Part shown: piece by piece, positions 20,390 to 27,331 of the stretch
Layout of the letters: every line of letters begins with the position of its first letter
Numbering within the stretch: position 1 is the first letter of the stretch
From: Clostridia bacterium
Lineage (GTDB): Bacteria > Bacillota > Clostridia > Monoglobales > Monoglobaceae
Direction: 5' to 3'
Assembly: GCA_045589715.1 (NCBI GenBank)
Contig: JAZNPN010000041.1
Location: 9,536-73,535 of the forward strand
Length of the DNA: 64,000 nt
The notes under the pieces: generated by a model
Database searches by the model: none
The model's input: the letters and a program-made list of their open reading frames with translations, nothing else
Told to the model about the DNA's origin: nothing
Program-made: the position numbers and the translations under genes

Positions 20390-20827
20390 ATGAGAAAATT
20401 TATTATCAATGTAAATGGTGTTTCTTATGAGGTGGAGGTTGAAGAGGTTGGCGGAGTTTCTGCTCCTGCACCTGCTCAGGCGGCTCCCGCACCTCAGGCG
20501 GCTCCCGCACCTCAGGCGGCTCCCGCACCTCAGGCGGCTCCCGCACCTCAGGCGGCTCCCACACCTGCTGCGGCTCCCGCTTCTGCACCTTCGGCGGCTC
20601 CCGCACCTGCAGGCTCTACAAATGTATCAGCACCTATGCCGGGAACCATTGTTTCAGTTAAGGTATCTGTCGGTCAGACAGTTAACAAAGGCGATGTTCT
20701 CTGCATTTTGGAAGCTATGAAGATGGAAAATGAAATTATGGCACCGGAATCAGGCAAGGTAGTTGCTGTAAGCACAACTCAGGGTGCTACTGTTAATACA
20801 GGAGACATACTTGTTTCTTTGGGATAA
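20390..20827 (+). CDS. Biotin carboxyl carrier protein (decarboxylase gamma / 1.3S-type subunit) with Ala-Pro linker
   Basis: C-terminal biotinyl domain with the LEAMKMENEI biotin-Lys motif. A long (AP/AQ) linker sits in the middle of the 145-aa protein. Confidence 0.9.
   Translation: MRKFIINVNGVSYEVEVEEVGGVSAPAPAQAAPAPQAAPAPQAAPAPQAAPAPQAAPTPAAAPASAPSAAPAPAGSTNVSAPMPGTIVSVKVSVGQTVNKGDVLCILEAMKMENEIMAPESGKVVAVSTTQGATVNTGDILVSLG
20468..20611 (+). repeat. In-frame tandem repeat encoding the BCCP Ala-Pro linker (four identical 18-nt units flanked by degenerate copies)
   Basis: GCACCTCAGGCGGCTCCC is repeated exactly four times from 20489 to 20560. Degenerate copies lie at 20468-20488 and 20561-20611. 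Confidence 0.95.
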
Positions 20828-20842
20828 TAAAGGAGTGCGAAT

Positions 20843-22096
20843 ATGTTAGAAACATTTACTAACTTTATGGGTAGCACGGGTATTGCCGCATTGATTGATT
20901 CAATGAAAAACGGCGGAAATATCTTAGAGGTAATAGGTACACCTTTAATGATAGTAATTGCTTGTGTTCTGCTCTATTTGGCTATTGTTAAAAAGTTTGA
21001 GCCGCTGCTTCTTTTGCCTATTGCATTTGGTATGCTGCTCTCAAATCTGCCTATGTTTGCAAATTCGGGTGCTATTATGATGCACCCTGAGTACTTTACT
21101 GATACAAAATATATGATTGATGGGCATCTTGATATTCAAATGATACTCTCAAACGGCGGACTCCTTGATATGTTATACCTCGGTGTAAAACTTGGTATAT
21201 ATCCGCCTCTTATATTCTTAGGTATTGGTTGTATGACTGATTTTGGTCCGCTTATTGCGAATCCAAAAAGTATTATATTGGGTGCGGCGGCACAGCTTGG
21301 TGTATTTTTGACATTCTTAGGTGCGCTTGTGCTTGGTGCTTTAATCCCGGGTATAAACTTTGGCGTAGAGGAAGCTGCATCCATCGGTATTATTGGCGGT
21401 GCAGATGGTCCTACTGCTATATATGTAACAAAGACACTTGCTCCGCAGCTGCTTCCTGCAATTGCAATTGCGGCATATTCATATATGGCACTTATCCCTG
21501 TTATTCAGCCGCCTATTATGAAGGCACTTACAACTAAGGAAGAGCGTTCAATCGTTATGGAACAGTTAAGACCAGTAAGCCGTACCGAGAAGCTTATTTT
21601 CCCTGTTGTAGTTACAATAGTGGTTGCTCTTATTGTTCCCGATGCGGTATCCTTGGTTGGTATGCTTATGCTTGGTAATTTAATCAAGGAAAGCGGAGTT
21701 GCAGAGAGACTTTCAAAGGTTGCACAAAATGGTCTTATGAATGTTATTACTATATTCTTGGGAATAACTGTCGGTGCAACTGCAAAGGCAGAGACATTTT
21801 TAACAGGCGAAACAATAGGTATTGTTGTGCTCGGTCTTGTTGCTTTCTGCTTCAGCACAGCAGGCGGACTTATACTCGGCAAGATTATGTGTAAGTTAAC
21901 AGGAGGAAAAATCAATCCTCTTATCGGTTCTGCGGGCGTTTCTGCAGTTCCTATGGCGGCTCGTGTTTCGCAGATGGTGGGACAGAAGGAAAATCCTTCA
22001 AACTTCCTGCTTATGCACGCAATGGGCCCAAATGTTGCGGGTGTAATTGGCTCGGCAGTTGCCGCAGGCGTTTTCCTCGCACTTTACGCACACTAA
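20843..22096 (+). CDS. Sodium ion-translocating decarboxylase beta subunit (OadB/MmdB/GcdB family)
   Basis: 417-aa polytopic membrane protein of the size and composition typical of the OadB family. It is adjacent to the BCCP and carboxyltransferase genes. Confidence 0.88.
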   Translation: MLETFTNFMGSTGIAALIDSMKNGGNILEVIGTPLMIVIACVLLYLAIVKKFEPLLLLPIAFGMLLSNLPMFANSGAIMMHPEYFTDTKYMIDGHLDIQMILSNGGLLDMLYLGVKLGIYPPLIFLGIGCMTDFGPLIANPKSIILGAAAQLGVFLTFLGALVLGALIPGINFGVEEAASIGIIGGADGPTAIYVTKTLAPQLLPAIAIAAYSYMALIPVIQPPIMKALTTKEERSIVMEQLRPVSRTEKLIFPVVVTIVVALIVPDAVSLVGMLMLGNLIKESGVAERLSKVAQNGLMNVITIFLGITVGATAKAETFLTGETIGIVVLGLVAFCFSTAGGLILGKIMCKLTGGKINPLIGSAGVSAVPMAARVSQMVGQKENPSNFLLMHAMGPNVAGVIGSAVAAGVFLALYAH

Positions 22097-22116
22097 AATT
22101 TTAGGAGGTAATATAA

Positions 22117-23514
22117 ATGGCTAAAGTCGGAATAACCGAGACCGTGTGCCGTGACGCACACCAGTCACTTATTGCTACAAGAATGACTACTGACGAGATA
22201 CTTCCAGCGCTCCCCATGCTTGACAAGGTGGGATACCATTCCTTAGAGGTTTGGGGCGGTGCTACATTTGACGCGTGTCTCAGATTTTTAAATGAAGACC
22301 CGTGGGAAAGACTCAGAAAGATAAGAGCGGCAGCTCCAAAAACAGATTTACAGATGCTTTTCCGCGGACAGAATGTGTTGGGATACCGCCATTATGCAGA
22401 TGATGTGGTTGAATATTTTGTTCAAAAATCAATTGCAAACGGAATAAATATTTTAAGAATTTTTGATGCACTCAACGATGTCCGCAATCTCCAGACAGCA
22501 ATAAATGCAACAAAGAAAGAAAAAGGCCATGTTCAGGCGGCGATTTCTTATACAATCAGCCCTGTTCATAACAATGAATACTTTGTAAAGCTCGCAAAAG
22601 AATATGAGGACTGTGGTGCGGATTCGATTTGTATTAAGGATATGGCGGGATTGCTCACACCTTATACAGCATACGATTTGGTAAAGGCGCTTAAGGGTGC
22701 AGTTAAAATCCCGATTCAGCTTCATACACACTATACAAGCGGTGTAGGTTCTATGACATATTTAAAGGCGATTGAGGCGGGCGTTGATGTTGTTGACTGC
22801 GCTCTGTCACCTCTGGCGATGGGCACTTCTCAGCCGCCGACAGAACCTCTTGTTGCAACTCTTCAGGGAAGTGAATATGATACAGGCATTGATTTAAATG
22901 CCCTTACTGAGGTTGCAGATTACTTTAAGCCTATGCGCGATAAGTATTTAGAGAGCGGTCTTATGAATACCAAGGTTTTAGGTGTTGATATCAACACTCT
23001 TAAATATCAGGTTCCGGGCGGTATGCTTTCAAATCTTGTATCTCAGCTTAAGCAACAGAACGCCGAGGATAAATTTGAAGAGGTATTAAAGGAAATCCCA
23101 AGAGTCCGTAAGGATTTAGGTTACATTCCTCTTGTTACTCCTACCAGTCAGATAGTTGGAACTCAGGCAGTTTTGAATGTAATTATGGGCGAGAGATACA
23201 AAATGGTTACTAAAGAAACCAAGGGTATCTGCAAGGGTGAATATGGAAAAACACCCGTTCCAATTGACGAAGAATTCAGAAAGTCAATTATCGGCGACGA
23301 AAAGGCTATCACCTGCCGCCCTGCTGATTTGATTAAGCCTGAACTTGACAAACTTAGAAAAGAAGCAGCAGAATGGACGGAACAGGAAGAGGATGTATTA
23401 TCTTATGCACTCTTTGATCAGGTTGCAGTAAAGTTCTTTGAACAGCGCCGTGCGCAAAAATATAACATTGACAAAGACACGGTCAATATGCAGGATAAAG
23501 TTCATTATATCTAA
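22117..23514 (+). CDS. Oxaloacetate decarboxylase alpha / pyruvate carboxyltransferase (transcarboxylase 5S-type), without a biotinyl domain
   Basis: HMGL-like TIM barrel (ITETVCRDAHQSL, QLHTHYTSGVG) plus a PYC/OADA C-terminal domain. It ends at 465 aa with no AMKM biotinyl domain. Confidence 0.85.
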   Translation: MAKVGITETVCRDAHQSLIATRMTTDEILPALPMLDKVGYHSLEVWGGATFDACLRFLNEDPWERLRKIRAAAPKTDLQMLFRGQNVLGYRHYADDVVEYFVQKSIANGINILRIFDALNDVRNLQTAINATKKEKGHVQAAISYTISPVHNNEYFVKLAKEYEDCGADSICIKDMAGLLTPYTAYDLVKALKGAVKIPIQLHTHYTSGVGSMTYLKAIEAGVDVVDCALSPLAMGTSQPPTEPLVATLQGSEYDTGIDLNALTEVADYFKPMRDKYLESGLMNTKVLGVDINTLKYQVPGGMLSNLVSQLKQQNAEDKFEEVLKEIPRVRKDLGYIPLVTPTSQIVGTQAVLNVIMGERYKMVTKETKGICKGEYGKTPVPIDEEFRKSIIGDEKAITCRPADLIKPELDKLRKEAAEWTEQEEDVLSYALFDQVAVKFFEQRRAQKYNIDKDTVNMQDKVHYI

Positions 23515-23515
23515 G

Positions 23516-23539
23516 AAAAGGAGCTTAATGCTCCTTTTT
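23516..23539 (+). terminator. Intrinsic terminator after the decarboxylase cluster
   Basis: Stem AAAAGGAGC / GCTCCTTTT with loop TTAAT, ending in a T-run. Confidence 0.75.
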
Positions 23540-23550
23540 GCTTTATATAA

Positions 23551-23579
23551 TTGACAATGCCCTTAATTTGGGATATAAT
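23551..23579 (+). promoter_or_regulatory. Consensus sigma-A promoter (-35 TTGACA, 17 nt, -10 TATAAT) for the EamA transporter gene
   Basis: TTGACA at 23551-23556 and TATAAT at 23574-23579. Confidence 0.6.
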
Positions 23580-23633
23580 GGTTTTAGTAAAACTGAAACC
23601 AATGAATAATGTAGCGGTTGTTAAGGAGATATT

Positions 23634-24560
23634 ATGAGGAGCAATAAAATTTTCACAAACCCGGTTCTGGTGGCAATAATAGCGCTGTTTTGCTGTGCTT
23701 TGTGGGGAAGTGCGACCCCGTTTATAAAAATAGGATATTCTCTTATTTTGCCTGAGAAGAATGTAGCGTCAACTATTTTATTTGCGGGAATAAGATTTAC
23801 CCTTGCAGGAATTCTCACAATTTTGATTTACAGTCTTGCAAGGCGAAAGGTACTTTATCCCAAAAGAGAAAATATTTCAAAAGTGTTGACGGTGAGTGCC
23901 TTTCAGACGGTTATCCAGTACATATTTTTCTATGTGGGACTTGCTAATACCACGGGTGTAAAAGGTACCATTGCAAGCGGTTCTAACGCATTTTTCTCGA
24001 TACTTGTTGCAAGTCTTATATTCAGACAGGAAAGACTTACTTTTAAAAAGATTACAGCGTGTATTATAGGGTTTGCGGGCGTCGTTATAATCAACCTTAA
24101 AGGCCTTGAATTTAATATGAATTTCTTAGGCGATGGCTTTGTTATATTTTCAGCCATTGCATACGCTGTCTCTTCGGTTCTTATAAAACGCTATTCAAAG
24201 TATGAAGACCCTGTAGTTATAAGCGGTTATCAGTTTGCCATAGGCGGAGTATTTATGATAATTCTGGGGCTGGTGCTTGGCGGAAAAACAACATTTGAGA
24301 GCGCAGGGGCAGTGCTGGTTTTGTTGTATCTTGCTGCACTTTCGGCAGTTGCCTATTCGCTATGGGGGGTGCTTTTAAAGCATAATCCTGTATCAAAGGT
24401 TACAATTTACAGCTTTATGATTCCTGTTTTTGGAACTATCTTATCAAAACTTATGCTTCCCGAGGATAGCAATGTAGAGCCTGTCAATCTTGTAATAACG
24501 CTTGTTCTCATCTGCGCAGGGATATTTATTTTAAACTACCAAAAAGCACAGAAAAAATGA
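23634..24560 (+). CDS. EamA/DMT-family transporter
   Basis: 308 aa with 10 predicted TM helices arranged as two EamA-like halves. Confidence 0.8.
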   Translation: MRSNKIFTNPVLVAIIALFCCALWGSATPFIKIGYSLILPEKNVASTILFAGIRFTLAGILTILIYSLARRKVLYPKRENISKVLTVSAFQTVIQYIFFYVGLANTTGVKGTIASGSNAFFSILVASLIFRQERLTFKKITACIIGFAGVVIINLKGLEFNMNFLGDGFVIFSAIAYAVSSVLIKRYSKYEDPVVISGYQFAIGGVFMIILGLVLGGKTTFESAGAVLVLLYLAALSAVAYSLWGVLLKHNPVSKVTIYSFMIPVFGTILSKLMLPEDSNVEPVNLVITLVLICAGIFILNYQKAQKK

Positions 24561-24573
24561 ATAATACAAAACA

Positions 24574-24604
24574 AAAAACCCGTCTTACGACGGGATTTTT
24601 GTTT
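24574..24604. terminator. Bidirectional intrinsic terminator (EamA gene / tRNA-Arg)
   Basis: Stem CCCGTC / GACGGG with loop TTAC, an A-run on the left and a T-run on the right. It abuts the 3' end of tRNA-Arg. Confidence 0.7.
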
Positions 24605-24681
24605 TGGTACGCCTGACGGGATTCGAACCCACGACCTTCAGAGTCGGAGTCTGACACTCTATCCAGCTGAGCTACAGGCGC
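24605..24681 (-). tRNA. tRNA-Arg (anticodon CCG)
   Basis: 77-nt cloverleaf read by hand: acceptor GCGCCUG/CAGGCGU, D-arm GCUC..GAGU, anticodon stem UCAGA/UCUGA with loop CU-CCG-AC, T-loop UUCGAAU, and an encoded CCA. Confidence 0.85.
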
Positions 24682-24690
24682 ATATAAACG

Positions 24691-24718
24691 AAAATCCTGT
24701 TCGGGAGAACAGGATTTT
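24691..24718. terminator. Perfect 12-bp hairpin between the two tRNA genes (terminator-like on both strands)
   Basis: AAAATCCTGTTC-GGGA-GAACAGGATTTT. On the minus strand the stem is followed by UUUUCGUUUAU. Confidence 0.5.
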
Positions 24719-24720
24719 TA

Positions 24721-24807
24721 TGGTGCCGCTGATCGGGGTCGAACCGATACGGTATCACTACCACAGGATTTTGAGTCCAGCGCGTCTGCCAATTCCACCA
24801 CAGCGGC
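24721..24807 (-). tRNA. tRNA-Leu (anticodon CAA), class II with long variable arm
   Basis: 87 nt: acceptor GCCGCUG/CAGCGGC, anticodon loop CU-CAA-AA, variable arm GGUA-GUGA-UACC, T-arm AUCGG-UUCGACC-CCGAU, and an encoded CCA. There is one U-U mismatch in the anticodon stem. Confidence 0.85.
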
Positions 24808-24827
24808 ACATATCAAATAACTTTGAC

Positions 24828-24856
24828 ATTATAACATATCTTTTTTTCAAAATCAA
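24828..24856 (-). promoter_or_regulatory. Sigma-A promoter for the tRNA genes (-35 TTGATT, 17 nt, -10 TATAAT)
   Basis: On the minus strand, TTGATT (24856-24851) and TATAAT (24833-24828) lie about 20 nt upstream of the tRNA-Leu 5' end. Confidence 0.55.
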
Positions 24857-24874
24857 GTATTTTTCAAAAATATT

Positions 24875-24903
24875 TTAAAAAGAGCGAGAGGAAAACCTCC
24901 CGC
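24875..24903 (-). terminator. Intrinsic terminator after the SASP gene
   Basis: On the minus strand, GCGGGAGG-UUUU-CCUCUCGC (one G-U pair) is followed by UCUUUUU. Confidence 0.7.
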
Positions 24904-24927
24904 CCTTAATTTTGATGCTATTTAAAG

Positions 24928-25140
24928 TTACGCTTTGTTCTGAAGATCCTGTTCGTACTTTTCAATCATCTTCTTAACCATCTGACCGCCGATAGAACCT
25001 GCCTGTCTTGATGTGAGGTCACCATTGTAACCCTTGTTAAGAGTAACACCTACTTCGTTTGCAGCTTCCATTTTGAACTGCTCCATAGCTGCCTTTGCCT
25101 GAGGTACTACATAATTGTTGTTGCTCTTATTATTTGACAT
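24928..25140 (-). CDS. Alpha/beta-type small acid-soluble spore protein
   Basis: 70 aa with both conserved SASP blocks (KMEAANEVGV and TSRQAGSIGGQMVKKMIE). GGAG RBS lies 9 nt upstream. Confidence 0.92.
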   Translation of the reverse strand: MSNNKSNNNYVVPQAKAAMEQFKMEAANEVGVTLNKGYNGDLTSRQAGSIGGQMVKKMIEKYEQDLQNKA

Positions 25141-25187
25141 TTCTTTTCACTCCTTTTGCAATATAAAATAATTATTTGTTACGACTT

Positions 25188-25218
25188 TATTTTGAGGCAC
25201 AAATTAAACTTTTATTCA
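25188..25218 (-). promoter_or_regulatory. Forespore-type (sigma-G/sigma-F-like) promoter for the SASP gene
   Basis: On the minus strand, TGAATA (25218-25213), an 18-nt spacer and CAAAATA (25194-25188). Compare the sigma-G consensus GhATA-N17/18-CAtAcTA. Confidence 0.5.
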
Positions 25219-25311
25219 GACAAAATGTGGAAGTTTATAATATTTTGTCTTTTTTGTGTCTCTGTTACATATAATGCCCGAAAATTGATAAAATATTTTT
25301 ATATAATCTAC

Positions 25312-25340
25312 TTGCAAGAAGTTGACTCGTGTGTTAAAAT
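25312..25340 (+). promoter_or_regulatory. Sigma-A promoter for pgi (-35 TTGCAA, 17 nt, extended -10 TGtTAAAAT)
   Basis: TTGCAA at 25312-25317 and TAAAAT at 25335-25340, with TG 3 nt upstream. Confidence 0.5.
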
Positions 25341-25371
25341 TTAGTATATATCTTAATAAGGAGTGACAGAT

Positions 25372-26712
25372 ATGCAAAAAAATTTAAGATTTGATTATTC
25401 TAAGGCGCTTGGCTTTTTTGACAGTGAAGAAATCAAAATGATTGCCCCTCAGGTTAGTGCTGCTCATAAAGCACTTCATGAAGGAACGGGAGCGGGTAAT
25501 GATTTTTTAGGCTGGGTTAACCTTCCTGTTAATTATGATAAAGAAGAGTTTGACAGAATCAAAAAGGCGGCAGAAAGAATAAGAGGAAACTCAGATGTAT
25601 TGGTAGTTATTGGTATAGGCGGCTCATATCTTGGAGCAAAGGCTGCCATTGATTTTTTAACAAGTCCTTTTTACAACTATACTGCAAAGACACAGATTAT
25701 CTTTGCGGGCAATAATATAAGCCCTAACTATTTAAATTCGGTTCTTGAGTGTATTGAGGGCAAAGATGTATCAGTAAATGTTATTTCAAAGTCAGGTACA
25801 ACAACTGAGCCTGCAATTGCTTTTCGCGTTCTTAAAAAATATCTTGAGGATAAGTACGGAAAAGAAGAGGCTAAAAACAGAATTTATGCAACTACTGACA
25901 AGGCAAAGGGTGCCCTTAAAAACCTTGCGGATACAGAAGGCTATGAAACATTTGTCGTTCCCGATGATGTAGGCGGCAGATTTTCTGTCCTCACAGCGGT
26001 TGGCCTTTTGCCAATTGCGGTTTGCGGTGCAGATATTTCTGCTATGATGCAGGGCGCAGCAGATGCAAGAGAGATGTATTTAAAAGATGATTTAGAGACA
26101 AATGAATGTTACCAGTATGCAGCTGTAAGAAATATTCTTCACAGAAAAGGCAAGGATATTGAGATGCTTGTAAATTATGACCCTGAGCTTCAATATTTCA
26201 CTGAATGGTGGAAGCAGCTTTACGGCGAGAGCGAGGGCAAGGATAAAAAGGGTATCTTCCCCGCAGGCGTTAATTTTTCAACTGATCTTCATTCCATGGG
26301 TCAGTATATTCAGGACGGAAGACGAACTCTGTTTGAAACTGTCCTAACAGTTGAAAACACAAAGACAGACCTTATAATAGAAGAAGACAGCGACAATGTA
26401 GACGGACTTAACTTTTTGGCAGGCAAAGGTATGGATTTTGTAAATCAGAAAGCCTTTGAGGGAACATTTTTAGCTCATACCGATGGCGAAGTTCCAAATC
26501 TTTTGATAAAACTTAAGAGTCTTGATGAATATACTTTTGGTCAGCTTGTGTATTTCTTTGAAAAGGCGTGCGGTATCAGCGGATATATACTGGGGGTAAA
26601 CCCGTTTAATCAGCCGGGTGTTGAGAGCTATAAGAAGAATATGTTTGCGCTTTTGGGAAAACCGGGCTACGAAGCTGAAAAGGAAGCGCTTGAAGCGCGT
26701 CTTAGAGGCTGA
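25372..26712 (+). CDS. pgi: Glucose-6-phosphate isomerase
   Basis: About 446-aa Firmicute-type PGI ([33 protein letters not shown]). ATG 25372 with AAGGAG at 25358-25363 is preferred over track GTG 25363. Confidence 0.94.
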   Translation: MQKNLRFDYSKALGFFDSEEIKMIAPQVSAAHKALHEGTGAGNDFLGWVNLPVNYDKEEFDRIKKAAERIRGNSDVLVVIGIGGSYLGAKAAIDFLTSPFYNYTAKTQIIFAGNNISPNYLNSVLECIEGKDVSVNVISKSGTTTEPAIAFRVLKKYLEDKYGKEEAKNRIYATTDKAKGALKNLADTEGYETFVVPDDVGGRFSVLTAVGLLPIAVCGADISAMMQGAADAREMYLKDDLETNECYQYAAVRNILHRKGKDIEMLVNYDPELQYFTEWWKQLYGESEGKDKKGIFPAGVNFSTDLHSMGQYIQDGRRTLFETVLTVENTKTDLIIEEDSDNVDGLNFLAGKGMDFVNQKAFEGTFLAHTDGEVPNLLIKLKSLDEYTFGQLVYFFEKACGISGYILGVNPFNQPGVESYKKNMFALLGKPGYEAEKEALEARLRG

Positions 26713-26743
26713 TAAAAAAATTGAAAAAATTTCAAAAAAAGTA

Positions 26744-26772
26744 TTGTTAAAATTCTTGAATTATGTTACAAT
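26744..26772 (+). promoter_or_regulatory. Sigma-A promoter (-35 TTGTTA, 17 nt, extended -10 TGtTACAAT)
   Basis: TTGTTA at 26744-26749 and TACAAT at 26767-26772. Confidence 0.5.
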
Positions 26773-26818
26773 AATACCAACAAAAAAATAAAACTTTACC
26801 GGAAAGGTGGAATTCTAT

Positions 26819-27232
26819 ATGATAAAGATACATATTGGATTGAAAGGCAGTGGCAAAACCCCTAAAATTATTCAGGCTGTAAACACAGCTATTGATATTG
26901 AAAAGGGTAATGTAGTATGCATCACAGAGGGCAACCGCCTTATTCACGACCTTAACCGTAAGGCAAGAATGGTTAACACAGAGAGCTTTAATATTAAGAA
27001 TATGGATGAATTTTTTGGTATGCTCTGTGGTATAATAGCTCAGGATTATGATGTTACCCATATCTTTATAGATAGTATTTTCAAGAGTGTTCCTTCTGCA
27101 AGTGTTGAAGACCTTGAGGACTTTATTACTGAGGTTGAAGGACTTGAGAAAAAGTTTAATGTATCATTTACAATGATGGTAAGTGCGGACGCAAGTTCTG
27201 CAGGACCTAATGTTCAGAAGTACATTGGCTAA
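26819..27232 (+). CDS. Small (137 aa) P-loop protein of unknown function
   Basis: Walker A GLKGSGKT at residues 7-14 and a Walker-B-like THIFIDS around residue 80. ATG 26819 has GGAAAGGTGG upstream. The gene has its own promoter and terminator. Confidence 0.7.
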   Translation: MIKIHIGLKGSGKTPKIIQAVNTAIDIEKGNVVCITEGNRLIHDLNRKARMVNTESFNIKNMDEFFGMLCGIIAQDYDVTHIFIDSIFKSVPSASVEDLEDFITEVEGLEKKFNVSFTMMVSADASSAGPNVQKYIG

Positions 27233-27254
27233 TTCTTGAATGTTTAAGAAGTTT

Positions 27255-27300
27255 ATGTCATTTCAGATAAAGAGTTGCTTTGTCTGAAATGACATTTTGC
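27255..27300 (+). terminator. Intrinsic terminator (13-bp stem) after the P-loop gene
   Basis: ATGTCATTTCAGA (27255-27267) pairs with TCTGAAATGACAT (27283-27295) and is followed by TTTTG. Confidence 0.75.
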
Positions 27301-27331
27301 GTAGTATAGAGAAAAGAGAGGTTTTAATTTT

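Noticed and set aside
20406-20720. ORFs 20406..20606 (-) and 20415..20720 (+) with PEVREP / LRRLPH repeats
   Set aside because: They are artefacts of alternative frames through the 18-nt tandem repeat inside the BCCP gene.
25156-25344. 62-aa ORF in the ssp-pgi intergenic region
   Set aside because: It is an AT-rich intergenic translation (Ile/Phe/Tyr/Lys-rich) with no RBS. The region is occupied by two divergent promoters.
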